Notes: generated by a model from the sequence alone, not told the origin. A stretch of 59,167 nt of DNA, filler included, from 8 parts of 8 records of this genome joined end to end with filler, not necessarily neighbours in it; one strand, 5' to 3'. Numbered from the whole stretch's first letter, positions 11,601-19,831 are shown. Translations and numbers: made by a program.

Positions 11601-11781
11601 TTACTACAAGTAGAAATAAAAGAGCCTCAAACCACCAGGCATTATATACCGCGCGTTTTGCAGCATCGGCACCAAAATCATTTTCGATAAAAGTTGCTAA
11701 TCCCATGAAAAACGCAATCATTACAAGTAAGATAACCATTGTAATGGGGCTTGACAAAATCTTAAAAAATTTATTCAGCAT
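8656..11781 (-). CDS. ccsBA: Fused system II cytochrome c synthase CcsBA (NrfI-like)
   Basis: ResB-like N-terminus (LLFHIAF, RFYQSSY) and CcsA WWD domain WANESWGRYWGWDPKETW, plus GLHSY. Confidence 0.92.
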   Translation of the reverse strand: MLNKFFKILSSPITMVILLVMIAFFMGLATFIENDFGADAAKRAVYNAWWFEALLFLLVVNFTGAIFTRKLYKKSKWPLLLFHIAFVIILLGAAVTRYIGYEGIMHIREGKSSNQILMKDKAIKIRANDQQTYSYILNFDNIHEDSFSDDIDINNQKYQIELAGYYNAAVENAIESVDGKPIIGFIMAGKAYRGFTYILKGEVKQLGNLKISFQDSIGDSDINFSIQQDGFYIESKSGISMSDMANNEEVKFIEGKNPIEIKKLYEIENNNIVIQETFKSGYLSATPVSGQTQRNSRPALILNVKNDEMAKQVAIWESPEFQNNETTVTFGNTVLKMAYGYKVIELPFKIYLNDFEIERYPGSMSPSSFSSHVTVYKEGEEPHPYHIYMNNILQMGGYRFYQSSYDTDEKGTVLSVNHDGLGTTITYIGYFLLVLGLLWSIVSKGSYLKNTRKKLTSNLSIILLFVFAGIGSTATAQHSNAHNHANTPARQQIIHQPHQNPPKVIDAKHANKFGKLLVQDNQGRTKPLNTLASDLLRKIAKKSNIEGVSAIQFYLEMHINPESWMNVPFIKIGNDGLQKMIGIKSNYATYQELVVPGRGYILSGMAEKVYAKSPAERSKLDKELLKVDERINIAYGIISGRFLNIFPTSDTSLHKWQAPDEAFKHIDNKEDSDFVKNVMPVYFETLKEAKKTNDYSRADEILAGIIKYQRENTRYELPSDTHINLELAYYKFNIFKKLFPYYATVGLIFLIVLVVSIIRGTKLNKWVNRSFIGLIAIGFFLHTIGLIVRWYISGHAPMSNGYESMLFVSWVTLLAGFIFRRFADLALSATAILGGLTLMVANLSFMDPEITNLVPVLKSYWLTLHVSVIVGSYGFLGLGAILGIINLILFLLKGGKNQDRINETILNLTSINHKTLILGIVFLTIGTFLGAVWANESWGRYWGWDPKETWSLITIIIYTIVTHARLVPGMKKLFAFNVMSVYAFFSVLMTYFGVNYYLSGLHSYAGGDPVPVPTFVYVSIGLLVMLTMAAWTNHRNVKKQS

Positions 11782-11890
11782 GATATATTAATTTACAGTT
11801 GGACAACTACATACCTATAATGAAGGTATGTGATAGGGGATAAAAGTATAGTTTAAGATTTGTTTTTCCAAAATAGGGAAAACAAAAAAT

Positions 11891-12583
11891 TTAGCCTGAT
11901 TGCATAATTTTAGTAAGCTTGTTTTTATCTAATATTTTTAGATTTGAACCGTTTACTTTAACAATACCCTCTTCGTCGAATTCTTTTAAAAGCCTAACTA
12001 CACTCTCTTTAGTCATTAAGGTTAATTCCCCTAACTCTTGTCTTGTGAGGCAGCAATTAAACTCATCAGATTCAAATATTTCATTACTTAAATGAAGAAT
12101 ACCTTCAGCAAGTCGCCCGTTCATTTTCTTTTGACTTATGCTGAGGATTTTTTCAAAGTTACTGAGCGACTTAGCACTAATATCTTCAATAAACCCATGT
12201 GCGAACCTGGCGCTTTCGAGAATTAGCTCTTTTAATATACCTATTTCAACAAAACATGCAACGGTATCTTTAATTGTTGCTAAACTATAATGATGAATGT
12301 TATCCACAAAAGTTCCGGGTCCGGTAATAAGGCGCCCTGGTTTAGCAATGGCGAAAATTACACTTTTTCCATTCTCTGTTTCGGTGTATATTTTGGCCAT
12401 TCCTGATATAATGAAAATAGCATTTGAGGTGGGTGACCCTTGTTTAAAAATTACCTCTCCGGCTTTATACCTGGCTTCAAACCTTCTTTCATTCACTCTG
12501 TCCATTTGCTCATCAGTCAAATTGTCGAAGTTTTTCCATCGACTGGGACAAACTTTACAAGACTTACAACTCTTTTTTTCCAT
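11891..12583 (-). CDS. Crp/Fnr family regulator with N-terminal Cys cluster
   Basis: SCKSCKVC N-terminus, cNMP-binding fold (GEVIFKQG), HTH LTRQELGELTLMTKESVVRLL. Confidence 0.9.
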   Translation of the reverse strand: MEKKSCKSCKVCPSRWKNFDNLTDEQMDRVNERRFEARYKAGEVIFKQGSPTSNAIFIISGMAKIYTETENGKSVIFAIAKPGRLITGPGTFVDNIHHYSLATIKDTVACFVEIGILKELILESARFAHGFIEDISAKSLSNFEKILSISQKKMNGRLAEGILHLSNEIFESDEFNCCLTRQELGELTLMTKESVVRLLKEFDEEGIVKVNGSNLKILDKNKLTKIMQSG

Positions 12584-12618
12584 AATTCAAAGTTAAACAA
12601 AAGAAAATAAAAAGATAA

Positions 12619-12632
12619 TTGATTTATATCAA
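12619..12632. promoter_or_regulatory. Perfect FNR-type box
   Basis: TTGAT-TTAT-ATCAA in the divergent region between the Crp/Fnr gene and the hexaheme gene. Confidence 0.75.
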
Positions 12633-12807
12633 TTTACAAAATGATGTATAGTGATTATTTGTTCATAAACGATCAACCCCCTAATTATAAGCTTTCATGC
12701 ACTATTTTTATACTTAAATCGGATATCTACGTATTTTTATCAAGAACTATTTTTCTATTTTATTAATACAAGAAAACTACTTGTGAACTATTAAAATTTA
12801 AAAGGAT

Positions 12808-13905
12808 ATGAAAAGAACATTTAACTATTTACTTGGACTTGTAGCCATGTTTGGGATGGTTACATTATTGAGTTGCGAAGGCCCTGAGGGTCCTGCTGGT
12901 GCTGATGGCGCTGACGGTAGTAACTCATGTTTAGAATGTCATGCTAATAACCAAATTGAACCAATTCAATCAGAATTCTACACCTCACAACATGCATTAG
13001 GAGATATTGCTGTTGATTATGCTGGAGGTAGAGGTTCATGTGCTGAGTGTCACTCGCATCAAGGTTATGTTGAGTGGGCGCTTACTGGTGAAGTTGCAGA
13101 AGATTTTACTGCACCTGAAGCATGGAAGTGTGGGACTTGCCACGGAATACACGATACATTCACTGCAGAAGACTATGCATTTAGAGCTGGTGGTCCGGTT
13201 ACTTTAGAAGATGGAACCGAAATAGACGGTGGAAATAACAATACTTGTATTAATTGTCACAAAGCAAGAAGAGGTGATGGTTATTATGACGCCGCTACTG
13301 CTGCTGAACAATACACAAGAGAGTTCACTGGTGACGATATTGCTGCATATACAAATGCTGCTTTTGGTCCTGCAGGTTCTGCTACTTTAAATGGAACAAG
13401 TGATACTTTAACTGTAGTATTTGATGTTCCTACAACTCATGTTTATATTAGTAGTACTCACGCTGGTCCTCACCATGGTCCTCAAGGAAATGTATGGGCT
13501 GGAATTGGAGCTGCTGGCGATGTAACAGAAGGTGCATACGCGCCACACGATGGTGGTTGTGTAGAGTGTCACATGGGAGAAAGTGGTCATAGTTTTATAG
13601 CAATTGAAGATAATTGTACTGCTTGTCATGGATCTAAAGAAACTGAAATGAATGCTATTGCAGCTAGAATTGAAGCTGTTGCTTTAGCACTAGATGCAAA
13701 ACACGCAATTCATATCGATGATTCATGGGAATCAGGAGATGAATTATTTGGAATGGCACACCCAATGTATGCTTCACTTCCAAGAGCTGAATTCCAGGCA
13801 TTTTGGAACTTTATGATTGTATTGGAAGATAGAAGTATGAGTGCTCACAACCCAACTTATGTAAAAGCTTTACTAAGTCAGTGTGAAACAGCATTAGGAT
13901 TATAA
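12808..13905 (+). CDS. Hexaheme cytochrome c lipoprotein
   Basis: Lipobox LLSC, short collagen-like GPEGPAGADGADG linker, six CxxCH motifs (CLECH, CAECH, CGTCH, CINCH, CVECH, CTACH), C-terminal EDRSMSAHNPTY helix. Confidence 0.88.
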   Translation: MKRTFNYLLGLVAMFGMVTLLSCEGPEGPAGADGADGSNSCLECHANNQIEPIQSEFYTSQHALGDIAVDYAGGRGSCAECHSHQGYVEWALTGEVAEDFTAPEAWKCGTCHGIHDTFTAEDYAFRAGGPVTLEDGTEIDGGNNNTCINCHKARRGDGYYDAATAAEQYTREFTGDDIAAYTNAAFGPAGSATLNGTSDTLTVVFDVPTTHVYISSTHAGPHHGPQGNVWAGIGAAGDVTEGAYAPHDGGCVECHMGESGHSFIAIEDNCTACHGSKETEMNAIAARIEAVALALDAKHAIHIDDSWESGDELFGMAHPMYASLPRAEFQAFWNFMIVLEDRSMSAHNPTYVKALLSQCETALGL

Positions 13906-13924
13906 TATTTTTAATTTAATATAT

Positions 13925-13957
13925 AAAAAGTTGTCTGGCTTTGCCAGGCAACTTTTT
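13925..13957 (+). terminator. Rho-independent terminator
   Basis: AAAAAGTTGTCTGGC-TTT-GCCAGGCAACTTTTT. Confidence 0.85.
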
Positions 13958-14092
13958 ACATTTACTATTAATCCTTTTGCTAAATAATTGAAATAGTGTA
14001 GGTTATTGTTGTTTTGTTAGCTTTTTAGTCTAAAAATGCTATTTCAAAATTGTTAAAAAGGTAAAATCATTTATAAATTAAAAATCTTTGCT

Positions 14093-14608
14093 ATGAATGT
14101 GAAAAAATTATTATTATTTGTTTGTTCTGCATTTCTTATAGTTAATTTAACTAATGCACAACAGTTTAAATACATTGGAGCATCTAAATGTAAAATGTGT
14201 CATAACAAACCTCAAAAGGGTAGTCAGTATGACAAGTGGAAAGCAGGACCTCATGCAAAAGCTTTTGAGACATTAGCTACTGCTGAAGCAAAAAAATATT
14301 CTGACAATCCTCAGAAAGATCCAAAATGTTTGAAGTGCCACTCTACTTATCATTCTGCTGATAAAAAATTAATGATGTCTATTAAAGAAGATGAGGGTGT
14401 TTCATGTGAGTCATGCCACGGACCTGGAAGTGCTTACAAGTCATTGTCTGTAATGAAAAGTAAGGAAAAAAGTCTGGCTAAGGGATTGATTGAGCCTACT
14501 GAAGCTGTTTGTAAAACTTGCCATAACGAGGAAAGTCCTACTTATAAGCCATTTAATTATGCTGAAGCTGTAAAAAAGATTGCTCATCCGGATCCAACGA
14601 CCAAATAG
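14093..14608 (+). CDS. Periplasmic tetraheme cytochrome c (c554-like)
   Basis: Signal peptide ending TNA-Q; YIGASKCKMCH, CLKCH, GVSCESCHGPGS, CKTCH. Confidence 0.88.
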   Translation: MNVKKLLLFVCSAFLIVNLTNAQQFKYIGASKCKMCHNKPQKGSQYDKWKAGPHAKAFETLATAEAKKYSDNPQKDPKCLKCHSTYHSADKKLMMSIKEDEGVSCESCHGPGSAYKSLSVMKSKEKSLAKGLIEPTEAVCKTCHNEESPTYKPFNYAEAVKKIAHPDPTTK

Positions 14609-14631
14609 TCTTTTTTTGTAAGATAAATAAA

Positions 14632-14667
14632 AGGCTGTCCAGGAATTTTGGGCAGCCTATTTATTTT
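14632..14667 (+). terminator. Rho-independent terminator
   Basis: AGGCTGTCCA-GGAATTT-TGGGCAGCCT followed by a T-rich tail. Confidence 0.7.
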
Positions 14668-14741
14668 CAGTCAATTAGGCGGTTTAATGTAACATTAATA
14701 TTATATTTACAGTACAAATTTCAACTTAAATAATATAAATT

Positions 14742-15458
14742 ATGAATAAAGTATTATTGATTTTAGTAACTGCTATAGCACTTATTTTTTCATCATGTAA
14801 TTCAGACAGCAAAAAGGAGAATTTAAATGGAGCACATAAAGTAACTGTAAAAGAAGTATTACAAGCAAATGTATATACTTATTTGAATGTAACTGAAAAC
14901 GATAAAGATCAGTGGATAGCTGTTACAAAAACTAATGCTAAGGTAGGTGAAACATACTATTTTAATGAATATTTGGAGATGCTTCTTTTTGAAAGCAAGG
15001 ACCTTGGAAGAACGTTTGAGTCGGTATATTTTGTTTCTGATTTAAGAAAGACTTTAGAAAAGAAACAAACAGTCCACGCACAAATGCCTGAAGGTCATGA
15101 AGAAATGGTAGAGCATTATGGTAAACCGGAAATTACACAATCTGAAATTAAAATTGAGCCTGCAGAAGGTGGAGTAACCATTGCTGAGTTGTTTGCAAAC
15201 AGAGATAAATATGAAGGAAAGAATGTAATTATTCGTGGAAAAGTTGTTAAAACTAATCTTGAAATTATGAATAAAAACTGGTTCCATATTCAGGACGGAA
15301 CATCCAGTGAAGGTGAATTTGATTTAGCTATTACTTCATTGGAAAAAGAAGTGAAAGTTGATGATGTTGTTACTTTTGAAGGGAAAGTTGCTCTTAATAA
15401 AGATTTTGGGTATGGGTACAAGTATGATGTATTACTCGAAGAGGCGGTAATAAAATAG
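14742..15458 (+). CDS. NrfJ-like lipoprotein with OB-fold C-terminal domain
   Basis: Lipobox FSSC; YTYLNV...WIAV...FESKDLGRTFESVYF and NWFHIQDGT...KDFGYGYKY patterns, recalled as NrfJ-related. No heme motif. Confidence 0.55.
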   Translation: MNKVLLILVTAIALIFSSCNSDSKKENLNGAHKVTVKEVLQANVYTYLNVTENDKDQWIAVTKTNAKVGETYYFNEYLEMLLFESKDLGRTFESVYFVSDLRKTLEKKQTVHAQMPEGHEEMVEHYGKPEITQSEIKIEPAEGGVTIAELFANRDKYEGKNVIIRGKVVKTNLEIMNKNWFHIQDGTSSEGEFDLAITSLEKEVKVDDVVTFEGKVALNKDFGYGYKYDVLLEEAVIK

Positions 15459-15508
15459 TGCTTCTTAATTACAAAGGGTTGGTCTTATTGTGTTATTCGT
15501 TTTTATTA

Positions 15509-15522
15509 TTGAGAAGTATCAA
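15509..15522. promoter_or_regulatory. FNR-type box (1 mismatch)
   Basis: TTGAG-AAGT-ATCAA, 81 nt upstream of the ATG at 15604. Confidence 0.5.
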
Positions 15523-15603
15523 TTTATGTGTTGATAAAAATTTGCAACCAAAACTTAATTAATTGTTAATTTTAAAATATATATAAACCAAAACATTAAT
15601 CTA

Positions 15604-15960
15604 ATGAAAATTAAGTACTTAATATTTTATGTGTTTCTGATTGGAGCCTTATTTGGAGCATGTGAATATAATCCAGTTGAAATACCTGAGGCACCAGAAA
15701 GCGTATCATTTGTAAATGATGTTGAACCTATTTTTACGGATGCAGGTTGTGTTAGCTCTAGCTGTCATGGAGGTAATCAGGTTCCAGATCTTAGACCGGG
15801 TAATGCATATGAAAGCCTGGTTCCCGCTTATACAGATTTAAATAGTGATGTTAATATTTTAACGGTACCTGATCCAAATGGAGGGCATCCCAAAAAGTAT
15901 TCTGCTGAACAGAAAGTTATAGTAGAGGCTTGGTTAAATGATGGAGCACCAAATAATTAA
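15604..15960 (+). CDS. Small lipoprotein cytochrome c with CX4CH motif
   Basis: Lipobox FGAC; VSFVNDVEPIF...GCVSSSCHGG...WLNDGAPNN, resembling planctomycete-type monoheme cytochrome c domains. Confidence 0.65.
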   Translation: MKIKYLIFYVFLIGALFGACEYNPVEIPEAPESVSFVNDVEPIFTDAGCVSSSCHGGNQVPDLRPGNAYESLVPAYTDLNSDVNILTVPDPNGGHPKKYSAEQKVIVEAWLNDGAPNN

Positions 15961-15970
15961 ATTTATGATT

Positions 15971-16810
15971 ATGAAGAATATAGGAATTTTACTAGCAATC
16001 GTATTATTTAATACAGGACTTGTGTTTTCACAAGACGAACCGGTGTACTCACCTTATGAAAGTCCGTATATATTAGACAACCAAACAACTTTCGTTAATT
16101 ATGAGAAAACACTGCAAATGGCCATTCAACACAAATTTGGAACATTCGAAAATGGAATGACTGATATTTATGGTATTTATAACTCCGCAAATATCCGTAT
16201 CGCTTTTGATTATGTGCCATTTAAAAATTTTCAAATTGGTTATGGTTTGACTCGTACAGAGATGACTCATGATTTTAATGTGAAATATACAGTTTTTGAA
16301 CAAACACAAAATAATTCGAAACCTTTTGCTTTGGCCGTATTTGGTAATCTTGGTATTAATGGACAAGAGGAAGTTGGTCCCCCTGATGACTTTATAAACA
16401 GACTGTCAATGTTTGGACAATTATTAATGAGTCGCAAATTTGGTGATTATTTAACATTGCAATTAGGTGGTAGTTATTCACATTTTAATATGGTTGATAT
16501 TAATGCTTTCGACTATGATCGATTTGCAATACACTTTAGTGGTCGTTATAAATTAGCCGGAACAGGTGCGATAATAATTAATTACGATCAACCATTAGAT
16601 GCGCTTCGATTAACCAGAGATGAGCAGGTTGATTTAAATCCAAATATTTCATTTGGATATGAGTTTTTTACAGGTACGCACGATTTCCAGATTTATATGG
16701 GATATACAAACCATTTATTGCAGCAGCATGCAATGGTTAAAGAAACCAAAGATTTTGAATTCGAGATGTTTAATTTTGGATTTTTGATTACTAGACTTTG
16801 GGCCCTGTAG
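15971..16810 (+). CDS. Outer-membrane beta-barrel protein (DUF5777-like)
   Basis: Signal peptide, IQHKFG and TGTHDFQI motifs, alternating beta-strand pattern, C-terminal FGFLITRLW. Confidence 0.7.
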   Translation: MKNIGILLAIVLFNTGLVFSQDEPVYSPYESPYILDNQTTFVNYEKTLQMAIQHKFGTFENGMTDIYGIYNSANIRIAFDYVPFKNFQIGYGLTRTEMTHDFNVKYTVFEQTQNNSKPFALAVFGNLGINGQEEVGPPDDFINRLSMFGQLLMSRKFGDYLTLQLGGSYSHFNMVDINAFDYDRFAIHFSGRYKLAGTGAIIINYDQPLDALRLTRDEQVDLNPNISFGYEFFTGTHDFQIYMGYTNHLLQQHAMVKETKDFEFEMFNFGFLITRLWAL

Positions 16811-16835
16811 AATAGGAATGATATAAAAAATATAT

Positions 16836-16876
16836 AAGTCTTCGAATAGTTTTCAATGCTTTTCGAAGACTTTTTT
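16836..16876 (+). terminator. Rho-independent terminator
   Basis: AAGTCTTCGAA...TTCGAAGACTTTTTT after the barrel gene. Confidence 0.7.
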
Positions 16877-17194
16877 ATTTGTATGCATTTATATAACATG
16901 CCTAAGTATAGAATTCATTATACTGAACGATTTGAGTAATTCAATATATCTTGGAAGATTAAACCCCGCACTGGGTAGATTATTGACTTTTTATCAACTT
17001 TCTTTTTTGTGTGTTTTATTTAACCTTGAAGATTCCTGAATAAGATTAGGTCAGCGTAAACACAATTACTATTAAAGATCAACCAATCTTAATATCTATA
17101 ATCTATGATAGTTTTTTATGCGAAGCTTTATGACAAACACTTGTAGATTGCAATTTTTTTCATAGGAATTACTCGAAATAGCCCGCTATGTCTT

Positions 17195-17294
17195 NNNNNN
17201 NNNNNNNNNNNNNNNNNNNNNNNNNNNNNNNNNNNNNNTTAATTAATTAANNNNNNNNNNNNNNNNNNNNNNNNNNNNNNNNNNNNNNNNNNNN
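17195..17294. other. Artificial contig spacer
   Basis: N44-TTAATTAATTAA-N44. Confidence 0.98.
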
Positions 17295-18031
17295 AGCAAG
17301 ATAGGCCAATCGTTGCGCACGCCGACCGACAAGTTGTTGTTCCGCCACGAGGTCGGCGCCGCAACCTTGACATTGGTATAGCCACTTTGAATATAGTAGC
17401 TTGCTACGGCAAGGTTTATTATGCAGACATCAGCTTCGCCAAGGGAAACGGCTTCTAATACCTGTGAAACATTTTCTCTAAATACATAGTTCACTTTAAG
17501 GTGCGGGTAATCGTTTTTCATTTTGCTGTACGTGGCCAATGCCTTGACAATGGACATCCGTCGGCTGTTTATTTCTTCAACAGAGCCAATAAACGGCGCT
17601 TCGGTCCGAGTGAGAATAACCAGGGGATAGGAAAGGTAGGGCTTCGTAAAATTCAGGAATTCCGACCTTTCCGGGGTTTGGGCTACACAGGGAAATATGT
17701 CTATTTCCCTTTTTCTGCCTCTGGCCAGGGCCTCTTTAAAAGGGATGCCGAACACGACTTCCATGCGTACGCCGAGACGCTTTTCCAACAAGCGGACATA
17801 ATCCGAAACCATGCCCTGGAATCTGTATTCCTCATGCACTTTTTCCACGTATTGAAAAGGAGGGAATGCTACGCCGACTCCGAGCCGGAATCTTTTGTGC
17901 TTGCTAAGCCATTCCTTTTCCTCTTCGCTTAATCCTATATCCTCGGCGGCCCGGTCCGTCAGGGCGTCCGTCGGCATTAAGATAAAAAATGCCGGCAGGC
18001 ATATGAGAAGTCCTATTATTCCAATTCGCAT
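17295..18031 (-). CDS. 5' part of a sensor protein with BvgS-type periplasmic binding (SBP family 3) domain; truncated by contig end
   Basis: LSEEEKEWL, FPPFQYV, TPERSEFLNFTKPYL, GVRNDWPIL. Probable start MRIGII (uncertain). Confidence 0.75.
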
Positions 18032-18297
18032 ATATTGATCCCGATTCTGCCGGCCGCCTGGCTGGAATACGGCGAGTTTGCGTTCGTATATCAAAAATTT
18101 GAGGCGTATGAATTTAGCCGGTCTAAAATTATGTTCCGTCGACATCCGGCTTTTGTGGATTTGCCTATGGCTTATACTCATCCATAATTCAATCCTGACA
18201 TAAAGCATGGCCAAATACAAGTGACCGGGTCCGTTCATAGGAAGACAGGAGAAGAATAACTTGGTGATAATGCATGATAGGGCTCTTTTAAAGTAAG

Positions 18298-18315
18298 GGC
18301 GGTTCGCGAACCGCC
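18298..18315. repeat. Perfect 18-bp palindrome, GTAG-REP-like
   Basis: GGCGGTTCGCGAACCGCC, preceded by GTAAG and lying immediately after the stop codon of the Fe-S gene. Confidence 0.6.
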
Positions 18316-19116
18316 TTATCCGGTCGGCCGGGTAAGAAAACCATAACCCGTGTTTTTCAGAATATCGCCGAAACGTTCACCCTTGGTGCATTGACTTTTA
18401 TAGTGTTGAATGCACTTGTCCAGCACATTTATCACTTCCTCGGGCGGATATAGCTCCTCCAGTTCGCAGGCTAATTGGGGATGACGGCCGAGGCGGCCGC
18501 CCAACTGGATTCGAAAACCTCTTTCAATTTCTTTTATGGTTCCGGTAGGGCAGGCGTTTATACATTGTCCGCAATAGAGACACTTTTCCATATCAATGAC
18601 AGGCTTGTTGGTATTTTCGGGCATGGTTACGGCCTCTTCACGGCAAATTTCCAGGCAGGCCCCGCATTGATTGCATTCTTCATGGCCCAAGACGCCGGGC
18701 TTGCGGGCGCCGATCAGTCCGAAGTCGGTTATTTGCGGCCTGGAGCACGAATTAGGGCATTCTGAAACCGAAATCCTGAATTCATGATGAAGCTTAAGAG
18801 GTCCTTGAACTTTTTCCTTGAGAAATGCCTTCAGGTTCTCCTTTGTAAGCATTTTTTCCATTTCATTACATAGATCATCCGATTCCATTGCCCTGTTGGA
18901 GCAGCCGTTCCGTCCAAAGCAGGCCTCGACTCTGTGACCGGCAACTTCGTCTTCCATGTTTTTCATAAAATTTCGCTGGCATGAACGAACGTGGGCCAGG
19001 GTGACTCTATTGCGCCCCAGTTTTCTGACTTCTTCTTCCACTTTTTTTCTGATCCTGCCGCGCACGAAAAAGGGCGCCCTGGATACTGCTTCTTCAGCTT
19101 GGCGGTCCCACTTCAT
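18316..19116 (-). CDS. Sulfite/nitrite reductase-like 4Fe-4S protein with N-terminal PCP_red domain
   Basis: MKWDRQAEEAVSRAPFFVRGRIRK (PCP_red), CFGRNGC, SECPNSCSRPQ, two CxxCxxCxxxC ferredoxin motifs, GGRLGRHP. RBS GGAGG before ATG 19116. Confidence 0.8.
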   Translation of the reverse strand: MKWDRQAEEAVSRAPFFVRGRIRKKVEEEVRKLGRNRVTLAHVRSCQRNFMKNMEDEVAGHRVEACFGRNGCSNRAMESDDLCNEMEKMLTKENLKAFLKEKVQGPLKLHHEFRISVSECPNSCSRPQITDFGLIGARKPGVLGHEECNQCGACLEICREEAVTMPENTNKPVIDMEKCLYCGQCINACPTGTIKEIERGFRIQLGGRLGRHPQLACELEELYPPEEVINVLDKCIQHYKSQCTKGERFGDILKNTGYGFLTRPTG

Positions 19117-19182
19117 AAAATAAATCCTCCCAGGCAAACTCAGGCTCAAAATAAAGATACCATTAACGCTGGATTTATCGCC

Positions 19183-19196
19183 TTGACCTAGGTCAA
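19183..19196. promoter_or_regulatory. HcpR/FNR-type operator
   Basis: Perfect palindrome TTGAC-CTAG-GTCAA, 66 nt upstream of the Fe-S gene start. Confidence 0.7.
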
Positions 19197-19291
19197 TAAC
19201 AGGAAATTAGAATATTTAGATAGATTATTCAAGTAATTATATAACCCTTGCCAATGTGGATATATCACCTTTAGGAAAATTTAAATTTTCT

Positions 19292-19318
19292 TGTCAACCG
19301 ATTTTAGAATTAAACGTT
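19292..19318 (+). promoter_or_regulatory. Candidate ECF sigma promoter
   Basis: TGTCAAC-N16-CGTT (the AAC/CGT architecture typical of ECF promoters) upstream of the repeat-protein gene. Confidence 0.45.
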
Positions 19319-19387
19319 TTTAAGGTTAGAGCGCGCTTAAATTCATGGGAAAAGAAGTTCTAACGCTTTTACAAGGAGTATGAGGCC

Positions 19388-19831
19388 ATGAAAAAGATTT
19401 CGATTACAATCTTCATTTTAAGTTTTGTGTTCTTGGCGGCGCCGATTTGGTCGACTGATGTTTTTGCCGAAACCGTCAATGATCGGGGCGACCGGATAGA
19501 TCAACGCTTGGATAATAAAGGAGAGCGTCTTGATCAACGTTTGGATGCCAAAGGCGATCGGATCGATACACGCCTTGATAACAAGGGCGATCGCATTGAG
19601 GAGCAGTACGATGAACGGGCTGAAATTGCAAGTGAAAATGGGAAGGAAAAGCTGGCCGATCGTTTGGAGGCCAAGGGCGACAGAATCGATGCAAAGCTGG
19701 ATAATAAAGGCGACCGCATTGACACGCGGTTGGACAGAAAAGGCGACCGAATTGAGAACAAGCTTGACCGACGAGGAGACCGCATAGATCGAAAATTTGA
19801 CAGGCGCCGTGCCAATATAGGAAAAAAATGA
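19388..19831 (+). CDS. Secreted protein built of 11-aa repeats (GDRIDxRLDxK)
   Basis: Signal peptide ending VFA; about 8 copies of an 11-residue unit encoded by degenerate 33-bp repeats; AAGGAG RBS-like sequence upstream. Confidence 0.8.
   Translation: MKKISITIFILSFVFLAAPIWSTDVFAETVNDRGDRIDQRLDNKGERLDQRLDAKGDRIDTRLDNKGDRIEEQYDERAEIASENGKEKLADRLEAKGDRIDAKLDNKGDRIDTRLDRKGDRIENKLDRRGDRIDRKFDRRRANIGKK

Noticed and set aside
16983-16997. TTGAC-TTTTT-ATCAA as a third FNR box
   Set aside because: The spacer is 5 nt rather than 4, and there is no identifiable downstream gene on this contig.
19480-19810. 33-bp periodic repeats as a possible CRISPR array
   Set aside because: The units are contiguous, lack unique spacers, vary at synonymous positions and encode an 11-aa protein repeat. 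No cas genes are present.
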